Source of the DNA: an uncultured Gemmatimonadales bacterium
GTDB lineage: Bacteria > Gemmatimonadota > Gemmatimonadetes > Gemmatimonadales > GWC2-71-9
Direction: 5' to 3'
NCBI GenBank assembly: GCA_963828735.1
Contig: CAWHFW010000003.1
Span: 160,001 to 224,000, forward strand
DNA: 64,000 bases
Notes under the pieces: model-generated
Databases searched by the model: none
What the model saw: the letters and a program-made list of their open reading frames with translations, nothing else
What the model was told of the DNA's origin: nothing
In this document: piece by piece, positions 58,518-64,000 of the stretch
Layout of the letters: every line of letters begins with the position of its first letter
How positions within the stretch are numbered: the stretch's first letter is position 1
Position numbers and translations under genes: made by a program

Positions 58518-59393
58518 ATGACCGCGACCGCCACCGCCCCCCTCCTCCCCACCCGCAAACCCCGCGAAGACGAGATCGACGTCCACGGCGTGACCCACGC
58601 CGGCAAGGTCCGCAAGGACAACCAGGACCACTTCGTCCTCTGCGCCCTCCGGAAGCAGCTCGTGCTCCGCCTCTCCAGCATCCCCGACGCCACCGCGATC
58701 ATGGGGGAGAGCGAACGGCTCGCCTCCCTCGCCATGGTGGCCGACGGCGTGGGTGGCGCGGCCCAGGGCGAGACGGCGAGCCGCATGGCGCTCCAGGCCG
58801 TCACCGAGTACGTCTCACGGGCCACCCGCTGCTACTTCGGCGCGGCCGAGGACGACGACCAGGCGCTGCTCAATGCCCTCCAGGAAGGCGCCGGCCACTG
58901 TCACGCGGAGCTGCTCCGCCTCGGCGAGGAAGACGCCAACTTCCGCGGCATGGCCACCACGCTCACCCTGTACCTCGGCGTCTGGCCCCGCGGCTACCTG
59001 CTCCAGGTGGGCGACAGCCGCTGCTACATGCTGCGTGACGGCGAGCTGACCCAGATCACCCGGGATCAGACCATGGCCCAGGCCATGGTGGACGTCGGCG
59101 CCATGCAGGCCGAGGAGGTGGCCGATTCCGATCTGGCTCACAGGCTCACGAGCTCGATCGGCGGGCACGAGACCCACCCCAAGGTCACACGCGTCGACAT
59201 GACCTGGGGCAATGTGCTCCTGCTCTGCAGCGACGGGCTCACCCGGCACGTGAGCGACGAGCGGATCCGGGACGTGCTCCGCTCGATGACATCGGCCAAG
59301 CAGGCCTGCGAGACGCTGGTGCAGGAGGCGCTCGACGACGGCGGCAGCGACAACATCACGGTGGTGGTGGGCCGCACGCTACCGCGAGGATAG
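58518..59393 (+). CDS. PP2C/PPM-family Ser/Thr phosphatase
   Basis: GKVRKDNQD, VADGVGG, GDSR, LLCSDGL, GGSDNITVV. Confidence 0.94.
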   Translation: MTATATAPLLPTRKPREDEIDVHGVTHAGKVRKDNQDHFVLCALRKQLVLRLSSIPDATAIMGESERLASLAMVADGVGGAAQGETASRMALQAVTEYVSRATRCYFGAAEDDDQALLNALQEGAGHCHAELLRLGEEDANFRGMATTLTLYLGVWPRGYLLQVGDSRCYMLRDGELTQITRDQTMAQAMVDVGAMQAEEVADSDLAHRLTSSIGGHETHPKVTRVDMTWGNVLLLCSDGLTRHVSDERIRDVLRSMTSAKQACETLVQEALDDGGSDNITVVVGRTLPRG

Positions 59394-59738
59394 AGGACCG
59401 AACCCCCTCCGCTCGGGGCCGAACAGGCCCCTGCACTGCGGCAGAATCGCGGCGGTTTGCTGCGGCAGGCCCACGCCACGGGTGTCAAAGAAGCAGATAG
59501 CCCCACAGCGGTCATGAGGTCGGTTTCCGTTCCCGCGACCCTCCCCGCTCGTCGCACCCCGTCCGGCCGCGGCGACGAATTTGTAGCATGCCAAGGTTTT
59601 AGGTTCTCCCCTCCGCAGGCTGCATAACCTTGCGCGTCAGCTCCCCGCAGCGGCTGCAAATCCTGTAGGCCGTCCAGGTCCGGCATTTGCTCCGACTGCA
59701 CCCCGCTGCCGGCCGCCCGTTGCGGCAGCGACAACAGA

Positions 59739-59836
59739 CGTCACCCGATAAGAGCACACCCGGAGTGATCCGGGGCCGCAAAACCAGAGGTCTCGCCCGG
59801 TCCATCGGCGAGATAGCTCGGTGCCGAAGGTGTACG
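59739..59836 (+). ncRNA. GEMM-I (c-di-GMP-I class) riboswitch aptamer, A at the specificity position
   Basis: P1 CGTCACC/GGTGTACG; CGAT-AAG-A-GC-ACA; hairpin CCCGGA-GTGA-TCCGGG; GCC-GC-AAAA; ACC..GAG-GTCTCGCC/GGCGAGAT-AGCTC-GGT; GCCGAA. Confidence 0.75.
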
Positions 59837-59856
59837 ATCACGCGCAACGACTCAAC

Positions 59857-59904
59857 GCGCGGTGCTCGGCCTCGGCCCTCGGGGGAGCACCGCGCTTCTG
59901 CATT
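59857..59904 (+). terminator. Terminator-like hairpin in the riboswitch leader (candidate expression platform)
   Basis: GCGCGGTGCTC-17 nt-GAGCACCGCGC followed by TTCTGCATT. Confidence 0.45.
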
Positions 59905-59979
59905 GGGGGCGCGACGTCCGGCGGCGGGCTGCCGGGCGACTCCTTCCGGCGGCGAACCAAGCTGACAGGGAGGAACGCC

Positions 59980-60696
59980 ATGAGTCGGAAGATCACGTTG
60001 CGCATGCTGGCGTTGGCCACGGGGATATTTGCCCTCGCGTGCTCCGACGCCGGCACCCCGGCCGAGCCCACGGGCGGCCAGACGGTCCAGTTCAGCGTCG
60101 CGAGCGACAGCGCCCACGCACGGCACGACCAGCTCAAGCAGCAGCTCGAGGAGCGCAAGGCCTACTTCAAGGCGACGAAGGAGGCCAACCGCGAGAACCT
60201 CAGGGCGGCCAGGGCCGAGTGGAAAGCCTGGATGGAGGACTGGAAGGAGCAGTTCAAGATCGAGAAGGAAGCCTGGAAGCGGGCGCATCCAGGCCAGAAG
60301 GGCGGCCCCGTCATCGAGCTCCTGCGCTGCGAGCCGCGCGACTTCGCGAGCGACGCCGCCATCATCGGGCCCAACGGCGGGTCGCTACACGTCGGCGAGC
60401 ACGAGCTGGTGATCCCGAAGGGCGCGCTGCAGGAGGAAGTCCTGATCTCGGCCGAGGCGCCGACCTCCTCCCTGGTGGACGTGCAGTTCGAGCCGCACGG
60501 GCTCGAGTTCCAGCAGCCGGCTCAGCTCAAGCTCTCGTACAAGGGCTGCGTCCGGCCGACCATCAGCGACTTCCTGGTCGCCTACCTGGGCCAGGGGACT
60601 CAGCTGCTCGAGCTGCTGCCGTCGCGCGACATGCGGCTGGATGACGAGGTCGACGCGGACATCGATCACTTCTCGAGGTACGCGATCGCCTGGTAG
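59980..60696 (+). CDS. Lipoprotein with a coiled coil and a ZU5-like C-terminal domain
   Basis: GGAGG RBS, ALAC lipobox; IGPNGGSL..HELVIPKGAL..FEPHGL.F..PAQL..DHFSRYAIAW. Confidence 0.75.
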   Translation: MSRKITLRMLALATGIFALACSDAGTPAEPTGGQTVQFSVASDSAHARHDQLKQQLEERKAYFKATKEANRENLRAARAEWKAWMEDWKEQFKIEKEAWKRAHPGQKGGPVIELLRCEPRDFASDAAIIGPNGGSLHVGEHELVIPKGALQEEVLISAEAPTSSLVDVQFEPHGLEFQQPAQLKLSYKGCVRPTISDFLVAYLGQGTQLLELLPSRDMRLDDEVDADIDHFSRYAIAW

Positions 60697-60850
60697 CTGG
60701 CGACGCCGGCCGCGGCGAGCACCCCGGCGCCGCGGCTGCAGTCGTCATGCAGTGAGCGAAGGAGCCATGCCCCGAACGCATGGCTCCTTTGCGCAGTCAC
60801 CCGGGGCGCCGGCAGCATCGGCGCTCGTCCTGCTCCACGAGTGAGGTCGC

Positions 60851-62515
60851 ATGGACCGCGACGCAACGTCTCAGACCGCAGCACCGGCTAACGCCGCCGC
60901 CCGGCTCGACGAGGGTCGGCAGGAGGAGCGCGCCGGCAACGTGGCGGCTGCAGAGGCGGCGTACCAGTCGTCCTGCGCGCAGTCCGAGGCAGCGGGCGAC
61001 CGGGTCACGCAGTCGATGGCCCTGCGGCACCTGGCGCTGCTCCAGCATCAGCGCGGCGCGGCGAGCCGGGCGACGGAGCTCGCGCGGCGCGCGTACGACG
61101 TGGCGCTCGCGGCCGGCCAGCGCGAGCTCGCCGCGCACGCGCTCAACGTCCTCGGCGGCTTCACCTTCGAAGGCGGCGACCTGGCCGCCGCCCGCCGCAC
61201 CTTCGACAGCGCCCTCGCGCTCGCGAGCGGCAGCATTGCGCTCCGCGCGCGTATCGAGCAGAACCTCGGCATCCTCGCGACCGTGGAGGGCAACCACGAC
61301 GCGGCCATGGGCCACTACGGGCGGAGCCTCGACGCGTACGTGGCCCTGGGGGACGAGGGCGGCGTCGCGCTCGCGTATCACAACCTGGGCATGATCAGCG
61401 CCGACCGGGAGCGCTGGGAGGAGGCCGACAGCTACTTCCGGCACGCCTTCCAGGGTGCCGAGCGCGCGGGCGACATCCACCTCCAGGGCCTCTGTCTCCT
61501 GAACCACACCGAGGTCCACCTCGCCCGGCAGTCGTACGACCTGGCCCGGGCCGGGATCGAGCGCGCGCTGGGCATCTTCGACCAGCTCGAGGCGCGCATC
61601 GACAAGGCCGACGCCTACCGGATGCTCGGCGCCGTGCACCGGGTCACCGGCCAGCTCGAGTCGGCGGAGCGCAACCTGCTCCGCGCCCGCGGACTCGCGG
61701 ACGAGATGCAGTCGGTGCTCGGCGGCGCCGAGACCAACCGCGAGCTCGCGCTCCTCTATCAGCAGCTCGGCCGCAACCGGGACGCGCTCCACGCGCTCAA
61801 CCTGTCGTACCAGCTCTTCCGCCGGCTCAACGCGCGGACCGAGCTGGTGGACGTCGGGCGCAAGATCGGCGACCTCGAGGGAACCTACCTTCGAGTCGTC
61901 CACGAGTGGGGCCAGTCGCTCGAGTCGGCGGACAGCTACACCCACGGCCATTGCGGCCGGGTGGCGGAGTACGGACTGGCGGTCGCCCGCGCGCTCGGCT
62001 TCGACCCCGGTCAGCTCACGGCGATCCGCCTCGGCGCCTACCTGCACGACCTGGGCAAGGTCCGGATCCCGGAGGAAATCCTCAACAAGCTGGGCAAGCT
62101 CACCGTCGAGGAGTTCGAGACGATCAAGATGCACCCCGTGTGGGGCCTCGAGATGCTGACCGAGGTGGACTTCCCCTGGGACCTCAAGCCGATCATCCGC
62201 TGGCATCACGAGAAGCACGACGGCTCGGGCTACCCCGACGGGCTCAAGGGCGACGAGATCCCGGTGGCCGCGCAGGTGATCTGCATCGTGGACGTGTACG
62301 ATGCGCTCACGACGACGCGGAGCTACAAGCCGGCGTATACGCCGTCGGAGGCGTTGGAGCGGATGGCCGAGGTGACGCACTGGTGGCGGCCGGACGTGTA
62401 CGAAGCGTTCCTCGAGGCCGTGGGGCGGCCGGAGGTGCGGCGGCACGTGGAGGCGCCGCGGCACGTCGCGGCGCGGGCGATCTCGGACGAGGAACTGGGG
62501 GAGGCGGCGGCGTAG
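60851..62515 (+). CDS. TPR + HD-GYP cyclic-dinucleotide phosphodiesterase
   Basis: Several TPRs (NLG repeats); DSYTHGHC.RV, LHDLGK, HHEKHDGSGYPDGL, DVYDALTTTRSYK. Confidence 0.93.
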   Translation: MDRDATSQTAAPANAAARLDEGRQEERAGNVAAAEAAYQSSCAQSEAAGDRVTQSMALRHLALLQHQRGAASRATELARRAYDVALAAGQRELAAHALNVLGGFTFEGGDLAAARRTFDSALALASGSIALRARIEQNLGILATVEGNHDAAMGHYGRSLDAYVALGDEGGVALAYHNLGMISADRERWEEADSYFRHAFQGAERAGDIHLQGLCLLNHTEVHLARQSYDLARAGIERALGIFDQLEARIDKADAYRMLGAVHRVTGQLESAERNLLRARGLADEMQSVLGGAETNRELALLYQQLGRNRDALHALNLSYQLFRRLNARTELVDVGRKIGDLEGTYLRVVHEWGQSLESADSYTHGHCGRVAEYGLAVARALGFDPGQLTAIRLGAYLHDLGKVRIPEEILNKLGKLTVEEFETIKMHPVWGLEMLTEVDFPWDLKPIIRWHHEKHDGSGYPDGLKGDEIPVAAQVICIVDVYDALTTTRSYKPAYTPSEALERMAEVTHWWRPDVYEAFLEAVGRPEVRRHVEAPRHVAARAISDEELGEAAA

Positions 62516-62577
62516 GGCCTTCCCGGCCGTGTAGGCCTGACGCCGGGCCCCCTTCGTTCTGCGACGATCGCCCACCA

Positions 62578-62831
62578 TTACGCGCAACGCTAGCCATCGC
62601 CGTCCCGACCAGCTTCCCATCCTCCACGATCCTGTCCCCGTCCACCTCGACCGTTGCCCGGGTGGTCGGGATCCCGACCCCGACCGCCCCCGACACCTTA
62701 TTCGAGCCGCCGAGGAGCTGGTTCTCGCCCAGGCTCATGGTCACGAACCCGGCCGCTGCGCCAGGACGGTAGTCGGCATTGTCCTCCATCACCTTCAGCT
62801 CGGGATTGAGCCCGAGGGTGAGCGTCCCATC
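62578..62831 (-). pseudogene. C-terminal remnant of an aminopeptidase (M29-like) gene
   Basis: TLTLGLNPEL...SLGENQLLGGSN...ATVEVDGDRIVEDGKL; no 5' part found upstream. Confidence 0.5.
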
Positions 62832-62943
62832 CGGTGCAGGCCGCGCCGTAGGCCTTTGAGGTTGGGTCGAGGGGCTGATGCCGAAGTAGCCCCCTGGTGC
62901 GATGTCGGTTTCGCGGTACCATAGTGTTCCGACCTATGAGGGT

Positions 62944-63826
62944 ATGCGCCTGCCCTTCGAGCCCGACCATCAGTACGTCCGCCATCCCTTCGCGACCGCG
63001 ATAACGACCGCGGGCCGGGTGCTGTTCACCCGGCCCGGCGGGCCGGTTAAGCACTGCACGAACCCAGACCCCGGGGCTGCATCGGAGTTGTGGGACGCCC
63101 TGGCGAGGCCGATCCGCGGACGCGACCTGGTTTCCCGGTCCCGCCTGGAGCCGAGAAGTGCCGCGGCTCTCATGGAGTTTCTGCTCGAGCACCAGATTGT
63201 CATGCCTTGGACCCTGACGGAATCCGAGCCCACCGACTCACGGCCGGATCTCGAGGACACGGTGCGGCCCTGCCATCATCTCGTCTTGGGTATCACGGGC
63301 GCGGTGCAAGCCGTGTTCGCTCCGCACATCGTTCAGCGTCTCGCATCCCACTTCACCGATCGACTCGACGTAGTGCTCACCGAGTCCGCCCAGAAGTTCG
63401 TACAGCCGAGGTCGCTGTCGGTTCTGGGCGTTTCCGTCTGGTCCGATCCGTTTGACCCTCTGGAGGCCGGCAGGGTCATCCACATCGAGCTGGCGACACA
63501 GGCGCAGCTGGTCTTGGTGTATCCAGCCACGGCGGATGCGATCTTCCGCCGGCGCACGGCTCTGCTCCGATCTCCTCTCCTTGATCGTGAGTGCCACGGT
63601 AGCGCCGGTCGTCATCGTGCCCAGCATGAATCCCGCCATGTGGCGGCACCCGCCCACCCAACGCAACCTCCGGACATTGCGGGACGACGGTGCCTTCGTG
63701 GTGGAGCCCGGTCCGGCAAGGTCGGCGGCGAGTCGAGCGGACAGCGAGGCGGGCGGACCCGGACTAGGACCGGACGCCGCGAACCTGATCGGCATTCTGG
63801 AAGCCATCCTGCATCTCAACAGATGA
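62944..63826 (+). CDS. HFCD flavoprotein (LanD/EpiD-like Cys decarboxylase) with RRE-like N-terminal domain; apparent frameshift at about 63550-63560
   Basis: LVLGITGA, VLTESAQKFV, VIHIELA, PATADAI in one frame; CSDLL..PVVIVPSMNPAMW..NL..L..DG..VVEP in the next frame; no CoaB domain. Confidence 0.8.
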
Positions 63827-63998
63827 ACCCCTCCGGTGACTGGGGGAGATGGAACTGCTGGGGATCCTCGACCACCTCGATCTCCTCCGACTCTGATACG
63901 GTTACACCGTACTCGCCTAACACTGTCCTCGGGTCTGCCTTGAACCGTTCTCTGAAGGCCGGATCGGCCCACGCCCGCTCTACGATCTGCCGGTAGAT
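63816..63998 (-). CDS. NHLP-leader-like peptide ending in Cys (5' end outside window; not in the ORF track)
   Basis: Manual translation from 63998: IYRQIVERAWADPAFRERFKADPRTVLGEYGVTVSESEEIEVVEDPQQFHLPQSPEGFIC*. Confidence 0.78.
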   Translation of the reverse strand: MYRQIVERAWADPAFRERFKADPRTVLGEYGVTVSESEEIEVVEDPQQFHLPQSPEGFIC

Positions 63999-64000
63999 AT

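Noticed and set aside
62944..63826. Housekeeping coaBC/dfp
   Set aside because: No CoaB synthetase domain and no ACG Cys motif; it has an extra N-terminal domain and atypical composition.
63238..63972. 244-aa minus-strand ORF from the track
   Set aside because: It is low complexity and antisense to the flavoprotein; the NHLP-like peptide is in a different frame.
63816..63998. Nitrile hydratase alpha subunit
   Set aside because: It lacks the CxxCSC metal-binding motif and ends right after the leader-like region.

Overview
High-GC bacterial chromosomal window with about 55 CDS and no rRNA, tRNA, CRISPR array or transposase seen. The gene content (two Hanks-type Ser/Thr kinases with TolB-like or TPR C-termini, TonB-C protein, DUF5916, many small lipoproteins, TPR-HD-GYP) resembles Gemmatimonadota; this is an inference. 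Recognisable content: PadR regulator, ligD/ku NHEJ locus with DUF72, two PAS hybrid kinases, MATE exporter, cNMP-TrxB-like oxidoreductase, Zn-dependent dehydrogenase, YciF-like ferritin, phosphoesterase, MltF-like transglycosylase, AsmA, B12 radical SAM, amidohydrolase, MmyB-type regulator with aldo/keto reductase, FAD monooxygenase, S1/P1 nuclease-OB fusion, SGNH protein, cold-shock protein, TetR, PP2C. Two signals stand out. (1) At the right edge, a flavoprotein with LanD/EpiD-like HFCD motifs and an RRE-like N-terminal domain (apparently frameshifted by two 1-nt deletions) overlaps convergently with an ORF missing from the supplied track. That ORF encodes an NHLP-type leader peptide ending in ...SPEGFIC*, so the pair is a candidate new RiPP system with C-terminal Cys decarboxylation. 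(2) A GEMM-I (c-di-GMP-I class) riboswitch with A at the specificity position, followed by a terminator-like hairpin, lies upstream of a lipoprotein and a TPR-HD-GYP phosphodiesterase. Also present: a 24-copy heptamer array, two related hairpins with a compensatory change, several operator-like repeats, gene remnants and several proteins with substituted catalytic residues. All calls come from reading motifs by eye; no database search was run.
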